Of a DNA stretch of 64,000 nt, positions 40,105-51,313 are shown piece by piece. Numbering within the stretch: position 1 is the first letter of the stretch; each line of letters opens with the position of its first letter. The position numbers and the translations under genes are program-made. The stretch spans positions 659,328 to 723,327 of the forward strand of contig NW_027192191.1 in assembly GCF_041956535.1 (NCBI RefSeq), given 5' to 3'. The notes under the pieces were generated by a model. That model was not told the DNA's origin. It worked only from the letters and a program-made list of their open reading frames with translations, and did no database searches. The DNA is from Calcarisporiella thermophila CBS 279.70 (taxonomy: Eukaryota; Fungi; Calcarisporiellomycota).

Positions 40105-40472
40105 TCATTGACCTAACTTGCAATATTGGTCCACCTGTTGAACACTGGGATAGTCCTTGGCATGCTTTCCACACGCATTCATACACTGCTCATAAGAGCT
40201 TAGGAAACTGGAGTCGTCACAGAAGCATTTGAAAATATCTTAAGGGAAAAAAAATCAAGCTAGTGAAGTTAACCCGCATGATGCAACTATTTACCCTTGT
40301 ACATCTCTCTGTCATCTTGTTTCTTTACGGCCTCGGGGAAACATTTGCGGACCAGCTGGGATATCCCATGGCAGGTCTCAAACGAACATTCTTCGTCACG
40401 TCGTACGTAGGGCGACCCTTGAACGACTGTGGCAGCCAGAATTACGGCAACAATAAGTGTGCGGAAATTCAT
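40105..40472 (-). CDS. Small secreted Cys-rich protein (about 105 aa, 8 Cys)
   Basis: Signal peptide MNFRTLIVAVILAATVVQG, RR dibasic site, one intron. Exon 2 reads DIFKCFCDDSSFLSSYEQCMNACGKHAKDYPSVQQVDQYCKLGQ*. Confidence 0.8.
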
Positions 40473-42030
40473 TACTAGAGATATCTACTTGATCGTTAGG
40501 ATATGGGTATGAGTTGTTCTGTTTGTTCTTCAAATGATTACGGCTAAATATGTGGTAAGGCGAGCGTGGCTTTATAGCTTTCCCCTCTTGCATATTGTCG
40601 GTGTGTTCAACTATTTCATTTGCTTGCGAGGAAAATTCCGCCCGCATCTCTACTTTTCCACGCCACTGCTCTTTTACCATTTCGATATAGCAGTAGGCGA
40701 CTAAAGATTCTTTTTTTTTTCACTACTGTATTCAACTCTGTCTATTTTTTTTTCTTGGAGTTCAAAGAAAGGTACCGAGGAGGCTATGTTTTTTGCATGT
40801 CATGCGAGTGTTCCCTGAGGGACTGACGAAATCGAGGTCTCTCTGTTTCCATAGAATATTCGTTTCGTGTTTTCGAGAAACTCTTTTAATCATGAGTTCA
40901 TGCGTGCATGGATTAAACGGGAACTTGGCCTTTGACTAAACCTTGGTTAGTAGCCATGACCCTTGGCAGAATTTCTTTCTGCTTGTGGTATAGGTCAGTT
41001 CTCTATTTCTTCAAACAACGCCTTGCGAGGTACCTGCAACTTAGTTATTTTTATCAACTCTACTATAGTAAGTATTTTGATTCATTCGTAACGCTAAAAA
41101 CACACTCTCATCATGAGTCGGTTTCAATTGCGGATTTATTCCTCAAAAAACCTAGGTCTGGGCCAAAAGATTACCTCGAGGCCCGCCTAGGTCAGAGCCG
41201 GCCTATCGCCGTGCTTTCTCGCTTTGTTGACGAAGATGTATTTCCTTTCCCCCTAAAGTAAACAAGCTATACCTTTTCTTTCTCCCTTGAAAAGAAAGAG
41301 GATAGCTCGTTTTTATGGAAGCTTCTCGAACTCACCCCCTTTCCCTATTCAGGGGACAACACAAGCAAACCTCGCCGATGATTCGGGCCAACTCCATTTA
41401 CAAACAATATGGGCCGAAACTTTGGAGAAGAAGAGGGGCTTGCCTACACTCTCTCTGAATCTTCAATAAGCGTGAATGTCTAACACCATGTTCGAGCTTC
41501 GAAACCTTGAGGCTTAGCAGGGAAAAACAAAAGGAGCTGCAAGTGGTTTGATGACCTAAGACTTGAGAAGAGCAGGCAAGCTGCTCCCTGTGTCAGAGGA
41601 AGTGAGGTTGTAATGACCGTGTGAGGAAAGGGGAGGATTTGGGCAAAGGTGCAGAATGCCCTCTCTCTCCTAACCGCTTCGACGCTCGGGGAAACAATCT
41701 GGAGATTCCGCGGGCCAACCATAACGCAAAAGAGGCCGCTCGGCTTCGCTTTAGGAAACGCGGTTGGCTAAGGGTTGGCCCGCGCTGCTTGCTTTATTAG
41801 AGCGACTTCTTTTGCGGTTGAGCCCGGGCGTGCCTGCATCGTGCGTGGAAGCGGATTCTCTTGCAACCAAGGGGAGGGTTTTACCTTCTTCACACCGAAC
41901 CTAAGAAATTTCTTTGCCGCTTTATCGATCACGTTTCGGAAGAGTTGGCGAACGGTTTCCCAATGTGGCAAAGTGCCGAAATAAAAAAAACCCTCAGTCG
42001 TTACGGCAAAACATATGGTCGTTTCTCTTC

Positions 42031-42039
42031 TATATAAAA
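42031..42039 (+). promoter_or_regulatory. TATA box upstream of the small ORF at 42138
   Basis: TATATAAAA about 100 bp upstream of the ATG. Confidence 0.4.
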
Positions 42040-42137
42040 CGCTCCCCGAAGGTGAATTGGCTCCTGGCTTTTTGTTAAGCCTTGAAAGCATTTCCCCTCT
42101 TTCACAAACACAATCACTCTCATTACAAGCCCTAACT

Positions 42138-42432
42138 ATGAACATGGACTTGCCACCGCGCCGTAAAGAGCTAGCTGTGTTCCAGAAGAGTCCAGACAAC
42201 CACCCTCGCAACGACGAGGCTCTTAGGGAAATTAACATGCGATGGGCCGCTGACCATAGCGGGTATATACATTCTTTTCTGTTGTTTCCCTCGCCTTCCT
42301 TCTAAATGTGTGCATGTATGTAGCTTCCCTCCGCGCAACCAAGAGCGCTCGGTTAGCTTTTCTGACGTTGCATTCGTAAGACACTACGACAGTTGTAGCG
42401 GGAGCTACAGTGTACGCATTTCAATACTATAG
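42138..42432 (+). CDS. Putative 77-aa microprotein with an RVxF (PP1-docking) motif
   Basis: Exon 42138-42262, GT-AG intron 42263-42323, exon 42324-42432. Splicing gives ...NQERSVSFSDVAFVRHY... Confidence 0.5.
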
Positions 42433-42751
42433 CGAAAAGGAGGACTGGCCTCCTTGTAGGACTGTTTGGTCTTTCACTCATTTGCATGTTATCCCCGATC
42501 ACTTTGTAGACTACTAGACCATATTGTATATTCTTTCACAACACCCACTCTCCCCGTGTATTTATAGCTTATTGATTGTGACATTAATGCTTCCACTCAT
42601 TGAAGAATGTATTTTATTATATACAATAAGTAAAAGAAAAACAAACGGACCTCTACTGAATACCTAAGAATTTCATTGGAACAATATGCGATAATCACAC
42701 GAAAAAAAAAATTACGAAAGGAAAGAAGGGCTTGAGGGTGTCCCGTGGATT

Positions 42752-44151
42752 TCACTTTTTCTTTTGTTTCATAAGGGCGGTGCACTCGTTGCAATACCAT
42801 GAGCCCTTGGGAGGTGCTTTTAATCCCACGCATGGATAGTGGAACCACTCGATTTCACACTGAGAATGAAAGATTAGTCCCTGAAAACGCTTGGCATCGA
42901 GAAGAGAAAAAAGATAACTCACATTTTCATTATCACATGCAATCATTTCTCCATATGAGACCTGCTCACAATAACAATAGGTGGGTTCGTTGGGATCAAT
43001 AGGCATGTCGGTGGCAAGCGCCCTGTAATCAATATCAAATCGAGTGAATAGGCCATAACGAGAATGGAAAAGAGGCAGCTAAAAAAAGGGGGTAGAAACT
43101 TACGCCTTTCTTGACTTTTCCTTGCTATTATTAACAGAGTAGTTGTCTTTTCGCCCTGACTTGCTACTTGTCGAGGCGAGGGGCTTCGATGATTTGTCTT
43201 TGGAGGTTTTGATGGCTGCACTGCGACCTGTGGTGGGTGGAGGGGTGATGGTATTCTCTTTCAGCTTACGTTCTAATCGTAGAATATATAAATTAGCATC
43301 TGAATCTCGTTGAAGAGATGACAGAAAGGCAGATGAAAGATACGCACTCTTACTAGGGGTCGTATCGGCACCTATAAAATATAAAACAAGAAATAAGAGA
43401 TTGAAAGAAAAACGTAAGCTTCCAGCTTAAAAGGTAAGCATAAAACAATACCGCTTGTACCTCTCTTTTCCCCACGTCTGTCCTTGCCCTCCTTCTTGTC
43501 CTTGCTTTCTTGCTGCATCCTATTGGCGGCAGCGGATAAGCGGCTAAAGCCCATCAGCTGCTCATCTTCAAACTTCTGAATGTCATTGTCCAGTCTCTGA
43601 CAATGCCGATCCACCTATTTCAATGACAGTGATAAGAATTATTAGGCATAAATTACGAGGGCAACCATCAAGAGTGATCTCACAGTATCATAAGTTGATT
43701 TAGATAGAGCCACCTTCTCCTCGCCCCGTTTTAGACTCTCATTTAGCCGATCTGAGAGTCTTCGTAATACTTCTATGCGCTCTTTTGGAGACATGCTTTT
43801 AACATTATCAATGAAATAGATCGCGTCCTTTGCCACCTCTTCCATCATTTCTGTAAAATTAAAACAGAAATTAGGAAACCAATAACGGACGAACCATTCT
43901 CAATTCAAATCTGACCTTGAGCATATCCATCGAGCTCACGCATCAGCGTGAAGTTGCGCTGGAGCTCCAATGGCAACGCTTCAATAGCTAATAGGCAATA
44001 TGGAAATCAAAGGCGAAAATTATAAAATGTTAATTAGGACCAGGAAAGGTTATGGAATGCGGAGAGGACATCAAGGAATATACGCACTATCTACGTAGTC
44101 ATCAAGATAAGTTAAGTAATCGAGCGAGCGATTTGTGGCTGCAGGCTTCAT
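42752..44151 (-). CDS. ING-family PHD finger protein (Yng2/Pho23-like)
   Basis: N-terminal [39 protein letters not shown]; [46 protein letters not shown]. Confidence 0.93.
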
Positions 44152-44319
44152 GGCTATGAGCTATGAGGAAATAAGGAGGAATAGAGAGGGGCTACGGTGT
44201 AAAATTTCTGTTTCTTGTGAAAAGCCACAAGCTGATGTTTAACGGGAACATGAAAAGAAGCCTCCTCCATATTTTCTTCAGTTCTTAGCATTGTTATTTT
44301 TATTTAACGTCTGTAAATA

Positions 44320-45940
44320 ATGGCGAAAATAATTGGAGAGCTTGTCGTAGTCGCCTTGAAAGCGGTGCGTATTCTCTTATTGATAATGATACAGGATGAG
44401 GAGCATTGCAAGGAACATGCGGCATTAGCGCTTTGAATGCTTCCAAGCACTGTGTACGATAAATCGCCTAATCTGAATCTCCGCTCTCTTCATCGAGTAG
44501 AAAAATCTTCCGAATCGAGAGATTATAGGAAAACAAGACCCATACTGTACGTTCCGGATTGGTACGAATGTTCAGCGCACGAAAACAGACAAGCGCGGTG
44601 GACAGAAACCAGGTGGGAATATGAGCCCCCTTATTGAATTGGAGCCAGCCATTTCAGCTAAATTGAATTGCTTCCTTTTTACAGAATGGGATGACCAAGT
44701 GAATTTCAAGCTCAATGAGGGTGAGACAAAGTTGTTCGTGCAAGTGCTCGATGAGGACCGTAACAAGAGCGATTTGATTGGAGAAGCAAACATCGATTTC
44801 TCGCGTGTTTTAAAAGAGGGTGAGCTAGACGATTGGTTCAAGCTTGAATACAATGGCAGATACGCGGGAGAGATCTACATTGAATTCACTTTCTACTCAT
44901 CGGTAAGTTTGGCCCACAGCTCCCTAATTTTATCCTGGCCACTCACGCCACTATACCACTTCGCCAATGCACAGTCTGCCCCCCCTCCGCCTACCGTCGC
45001 TCCTACTCCACCCCCTGTTCCCCATGAGCTGAAAGTTCAGGGCGGTCAAGTGAAGCCTTTGCCCACGCCTCCTCTTCCACAGCGACCGATTGCAACTGGA
45101 AAGCCCTCGCAACCGTCTCATCAGTATGGAAATCAGGCGAACTATCAGCGTCCGCCGGGGCACTCTCCTTCTCCCTCTCAGCAACAGCAGCAACGTCCCC
45201 CTGCCTCTGCACCTGCCAGCTATCTTCCGCCTCCCTCCCAGCGGCCAAATTATCCGATCACCTCTCCACCGCAGAATTCTAATTTGCAACCACGGCCCCC
45301 TTCATCACAGCAGGGCTACCCGCATCCCGCCTATCCTCCACCGTCGCCGCACCAATCACCTTATCCGCCAGCAACCTACCCGCTCTCGAGTTCTGCGCAT
45401 CCTGCTCCCTCCCCCGCTCCTTCCTACAACACGTATCCGCCTACGCCCGTTACGGGAGGCTATTCTCCTCAGCCGCGCCCGAGTACCCCCGTGCCAACCC
45501 CGTCCTTGCTCACACAGCCGCATCGCCCACTCTCCGGGGAGTATCCTCAGCCCTACTCGCCCCAACCACAGGCTTACCCCCCTCCATCCTCTCAAATGCC
45601 CTATCCGCCCTCGACGAATGGGCCGGTCCATTTCCCGGTCCCGAACTCGGGCCATGGCGGGATAAGCTTCCCAGAACCAGGCAGCAGTGGAATGTACCCG
45701 CCCCAACCTCACGGCGGAGGTATATATCCCAACGACCCCCATTGGAACGCAGCACCCTCGCCCGCAGGATTCCACATGCCGGCCCCATACTCTTCAGGGC
45801 CTTCCCCAGCGCCCTACTCTCCGGCACCTGCTCCTGCCCCTTACACGCCTCCTCAACCTTCCTCAGGGTATTCTACTCGCTATCATGGGCCGCCCCCCGC
45901 CCGTGTTCCACGGAGAAAGCTCTCCAAAACAGAGTTGTAG
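44320..45940 (+). CDS. C2-domain protein with a Pro-rich tail (Inn1/Fic1-like)
   Basis: IGELVVVALKA|KNLPNREIIGKQDPYC...KTDKRGGQKP|EWDD...VLDED..DLIG, followed by a long P/Y/S/Q-rich tail. Confidence 0.85.
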
Positions 45941-46240
45941 GGAAGGTGCTTTTGTGTATTCGATAACGGTTTTTTGTGTTCTATTCTATTTTTATCTTTT
46001 TTTTTCTTTATTCTTGGCATGTAAACCGGACTTTAAAGCATTTCCCTCCCACACTCCCCCCCAATTTTTTTTAATCTGTGGAAGTACATGACGTTTTCTT
46101 TTTATCTCTCTATTACTCAATAGATTCCATATCATACTCAAAGGGTCTATTTGCATCATGAAGTACTCTCAAGCGCCTCTACGCTGGTTGTCTGAAGAGA
46201 TCAGGGTGAATTTCGGCGGAAATAAATATTGTAATAGGCT

Positions 46241-47477
46241 TCATCGCTTCTGCTGCATGGTTGCACCGGCCCAAAGCTCGGGTAATACATCCTCCAAGTC
46301 TTTGATGTCTTCGATCTGGAAATGCCCTACGGGGCCTCCCCCTCTCCCCAAGGTTGCCCCTGGTAGAACATGCACAGTGAGCCACCCCAGCCTCATGGCC
46401 GCCTCGATGTTCACTCGGGAATCGTCGACGAATATGCATTTCTTGGGGTCTGTCACGCCAGCCTCCTGCATCGCCTCAAGGTAAAATCGGGTTTCGGGTT
46501 TACAAGGGATCCCTGGACGGGTATAATCACAGTAAGTGATGCCATCGAATAGGTCGTCGATATTAAGCAGTCTGAGAACGCGCTGTGCGTGCTATTATAG
46601 TTTATACATATGGTATTTTAGTCGGAGAAAAATGCACCCCCGATCTCATAAAGTGGAGGAAGTGAATAAAGAAAATTACCGCTAAGCCAGCATTTGTGAA
46701 GATCCATTTCTTCATGTGCAAGCGCTGAAGCATCAAGCGGAGGGCGGGGTCAGGCTTGAGGACCTCTTGGAGGGGCAGAGACCCGTCCACGTGTCTATCT
46801 ATATTTCCAATGGCACGAAGGAGTTATTTCTAAACGCAATAAAGGCAGTGACAGACAGGAGAGCTACCGTAGTCTAAGGGGTCAATTTCTATTAGCGGGA
46901 AAGTAGAAGAAAAAAAAGATCGTGTGAGCATTCTGAAAATACGCCTTAGTTAACAATCCATGAATTACTATGGTTTTTAATTAATCCCTGGATATAGTGA
47001 GAGAATTAATACAGTGATGTGGAAAATATTGAAAAGTGACATTTACTTTGATGGCGAGTCCGTGCTGTATATAGTATCTCTCCATCAGAACCGCGGCCTC
47101 GCCATCCGGAATGCCCAACTTCTTGAAATAGTCTAATATTCTATGTGAGAGTATTAACCATGATTAGTGAGCCAGAAATGAGCAGTGATATTATCCTTGG
47201 TCGCTCACTTTTCTTCCATCATTTTATGAATGTTGGCAGATGGGTGGTAGAGCGTGTTATCGCAATCGAAGAAAAAGACGGGCTGCTCGGCGTCTTCTTG
47301 CGGAGAGGCTGTCGATCGCGCGAGGGCAGCAACCCATTCCTGAACCGACGGAGTCTGTTCCACACGTTTAATGTTGGTCATGAAGGCGTTGCGCTGCTGC
47401 AGAGGAGACGTATATTTGAATGCTAGCTGTAGCGGATGCCGAGAGGGGAGTCGTCGGAGGAATGGCAGAAGATGCAT
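46241..47477 (-). CDS. SDT1: HAD pyrimidine 5'-nucleotidase, Sdt1/Phm8 family
   Basis: FFFDCDNTLY (motif I), WIFTNAG, CKPE, IFVDDSRVNI..A..LGW. Confidence 0.88.
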
Positions 47478-47764
47478 CGAAAATAGTTAAGTAGGGGGGC
47501 AACGAGTTGGACAGGAAATTTAAAACTCATTTCTTAAGGGCGGAGTGCCTTTTTTAGATAGGAATACAGGAGATCTTTCCATGCAGGGTTCGGGGTCCAA
47601 ATAAGAAATCGCTCTACGATAGAAGTTTTATAATGGAAAACGTGGGAGAGGGTGGGAAAGGAGGCGGCGACATGAGGGAAGGAGATATAAAAAGAGAAGA
47701 AATCTAATAAAAGTTCAATACAAGAAGAAGTTTTCGAAATCGTCATTGATACACGACTCTAAAT

Positions 47765-49408
47765 TCACGAACACAAAAACTTGTGGTTTCCATAAAACTC
47801 CAGCATTGGATTCTCGCCGGACCGCGTGCTTGTTCTCTCTAGATCGGCATACCGCTCCAAAAACTCTCTGTGGGTCATGATCTTGATGGTCGAGTCGGCT
47901 TGGGAAGGGCGGCACACCAGATGGTATATGTCGCGCATCAGCTCGAAGTTGGTGGGGAAGAAGATATCGAACCATCCCGGTTGCACCATGTAGGTGGAAC
48001 AGGGCACCATGGTGCGTCGATATCTTGTCTGAACTACGGGCGCATCAACTCCCTGTATTGTGTCAGGGAGCCGGTCAAAATCCGATATTAAAAGACGATG
48101 CTGCGGGAAGTGCTCGCGCAGATTCTCGAGGAACAGAAGCAGTTTCGTGGGCAAAAATTCCGCCTCGGTCATATTAGGTGCAAACGGGAGTTTGGATCGC
48201 AGCCGCCGCATAAACCGGTTATGTAGCACGGGTGTACGGTAGAGGGTTTGGCGGCGAAGGGAAAGGTACCGATGGATAAGGGGGTCGTGGAGCGGCTCGT
48301 AGAATTCATGGTAATCGCCAGACTCGTCAATCGCAACCATGCCTTGGTATGGCGCCTCAGTATCTGCGTCATACCGCAATAAGTCGTGGGCGAAGTTATC
48401 CTTGAGCCACATATGGTGTTAGTCCAGGCGGGGCTTAAGCCAGTACAAATCTAAATAAAGCACTTACAATCACTTCCATGGCCAAAAAGAAACATGGGTC
48501 CGGAACGTATATGTCCCAATCAAATATGGAGCGATTGATGATCTCGACACAATGGTGGCGGTTAAGCACACCACGGATATCATGCCGCGTCGCCTGTCGC
48601 TCTGCGAGTTTCGAGCTAATTTCGATGATTTTGTAACGCGTCCGCTCGTACACTGACGGCTCGTGTCGTTGAATGTAGTCGAGAATGTTAAGCATAAGCG
48701 TACCGTTACCTGCACCAATCTCGTAGATCACCAGGTCACGGTGAGGGTATAGGTTGAGTTTATATTCAGTGACCATATATTTTGCTAATGCGTATCCGTA
48801 CCAAGGCTATATAATTAAGCAAAAATGCACATATATATATATATATATACGTCGATTAGCTCTTAAGTTATCGCAACCACTTTTGAATATGATGGAAACG
48901 GGCATTCAATTACTTTAAAGAGTTCGGTGGGAGTATGCCAAACTTGTCTTGCTATATCATCCGTTTCATCCACATCATCCTCAATTTCTTGATATTTCCT
49001 ACTTAATAATCGCATAAATGCATTATTGTCCCGCAAACCGTTGAAATCGAAATCTGTCTCAGGAGAGAAAATGACCGCTTGTTTCGAGAAATAGCCATAG
49101 TGCGGGTTATAGAGGGAATCGTCGATAAAGTCGCGAACAAGCATTTTAACCTGCGTAGGAGGTGTTTTGAAATGTGCAGCCTGACTTGCCGTGAGTGCAG
49201 GATAATCGATGTTAGTTGATTTCGAAGGGCTCTCAAAATCGATTAGAGAATTCCAGTGCCAGTTAGAAGCCACCACAGGCGTAGTAACGATGCAGCGCTG
49301 GAACAGCATCGGCCGCCGTCGACATGAAGTGAACGCGTTATGCTTTAAAATAGGTAAATGGCGATGGATTGTTGGCGTTACTCTCGCCGTAATTAGGATC
49401 GGCCGCAT
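47765..49408 (-). CDS. NDUFAF7/MidA-family mitochondrial SAM-dependent methyltransferase
   Basis: MLVRDFIDDSLYNPHYGYFSK, VWHTPTELFK, IYEIGAGNGTL, PGWFDIFFPTNF. Confidence 0.9.
48831..48849. repeat. (AT)n microsatellite in an intron
   Basis: atatatatatatatatata. Confidence 0.9.
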
Positions 49409-49588
49409 CTCGGCAAGGAGGATCTGCTTTCGTCGTAAATCGCACGATCAACTGTTTAGTAACTCTCGAAATGACAATCTGGCTACGTCACCTCTAATTG
49501 CACTAAGTTTGCGAATTATTGGGCAATATGGGTCGCGAACTCAGGTTCTCGGCGGTTGACATCTTGACTCAGAGCTTCGCTCTTGAAA

Positions 49589-51108
49589 ATGTGTCGACTT
49601 CTTTTATATAAGGGGAAAGCACCCATTCAGCTGGCACATGTAAGAAGTTTTGAATAATTATGTGTTCTGTGTTCTTGAGTAAAAGAATTCATAATACGCT
49701 TTCTTACATAGCTGTTAACTAAGCCCGCACACTCTATTATTACTCAGTCTTTTGACTCCCGATTGCGCCTTGACAAGCGACGGCCTATCAATGGTGAGAA
49801 TGGGCAATCTTGAGCTATCAATGTTTTATTTTAACTGGGACATATTAACGGGTTTTCATTTTCTTGAATATTGTATTTTAATTCATATTATATTAAAGGC
49901 GACGGATTCGGAGTTGGTAAGTTGACATGAGATACCCCATTGTTCTCATATGCAAGTTTTAACTACTCTTCATAATGTGGTGGTAGGTTGGTACGACACA
50001 AATGCCGAGACTGATGATGAGATTGGCAATTCTCCTTGCATTTTCACATCAGTAACGCCTGCATGGAATAATCAAAATCTTCAACGTCTCTGTGAAAAGA
50101 TTAAATCGCCTCTGGTGTTCGCACATGTGCGTGCGAGCACCGCTACATCTGTTTCGGAGACAAATTGTCATCCCTTCAATTACAATAGACTAATGTTCAT
50201 GCATAATGGCCATATCGCCGAATTCCGCAAGGTATGCATTTGTTTTCGAATATTTTTATTTATATAACTATACCCTTGCTCCTCTTTAGATTAAGAGAAA
50301 GCTTACCGTATCCTTGAGGGACGAGCTCTTTTTGTTTGTGCAAGGCAATACCGACTCTGAGTGGGCTTTTGCTCTGTTCCTCGATCAACTGGAGAATCCG
50401 GGGTCCGATGAGCCTTTTAGCTACGAGGCTCTAAAAGATGCTATGTTGAAGACGATTGCGCTGATTAACAAGTGGTCGGAGGAGGAGAACATCACAGAGG
50501 TATATAGAGCAAAATTTAGGCTATCCTATTGGACACTAATAATTGATTTAAAACGGCATATCAGCCTTCATTGCTAAACTTTGCTGTAACCGACGGATGC
50601 ACCGTTGTATGCACTCGCTACATTAATAGCAGGACGGAGGAAGCTGCTTCTCTTTATTTCTCCTCTGGTACACGGTTCGAAGAGTATAAGCCCGGACGGT
50701 ATCGGATGGTAGTTTAATTTTTTGAGTGCCCATCCAAATCTTATATTGATTTGAATTCAAATTTAGATCAAAGCAGACAAGCGTGAGGATATTGTTGTAG
50801 TCGCATCTGGTATGCTTGCATCTCTCAGCTCTAGGTTTACATGCCACTAATACGCTCACTTGAACCCTGTAGAGCCCCTTACATTTGAAAAGGCCGACTG
50901 GCTTGCCATTCCAACCAACAGCTGTCTCGTAATCACCCCCCGACTCAACGTATTACTCTTCCCCGTGCATGATCAGTTCTCTTCCGAGATGTCCTCTGCC
51001 CCGCGAAGTTCCAAGCTAGCCATGCAAGAAAAGGCACTGGCCAATGGGATAATTGCTTCGCCCTCTTCAATTGATACCATTCCACTCTCTCCCCAAATGC
51101 TTGCATAG
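49589..51108 (+). CDS. DUG3: Class II glutamine amidotransferase Dug3 (glutathione degradation)
   Basis: MCRLLLYKG with the Cys2 nucleophile, NGDGFGVGWY, PAWNN.NL, FAHVRAST, NCHPF, MHNG, GNTDSEWAFALF. Confidence 0.93.
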
Positions 51109-51313
51109 TTTATCCCTCTTCTCTACTTTAATTCCATCGTCCACAATTATATTTGAAGAGCGCGTTTTCCTGTGTTACCCTCATCCTCACTCCCCACTCA
51201 AGACAGCTTTTTCGGATTTGCATTTTATTGGTAATATATAACAATGGATGCCTTTATTTTTCAGAGTCTCTAGGTGATGATATTTGTGATGGCCTCATGA
51301 GTCTAATGACAGT

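Noticed and set aside
40620-42000. Short ORFs and GC-rich patches upstream of the microprotein
   Set aside because: No coding or ncRNA signature could be supported; treated as regulatory/intergenic.
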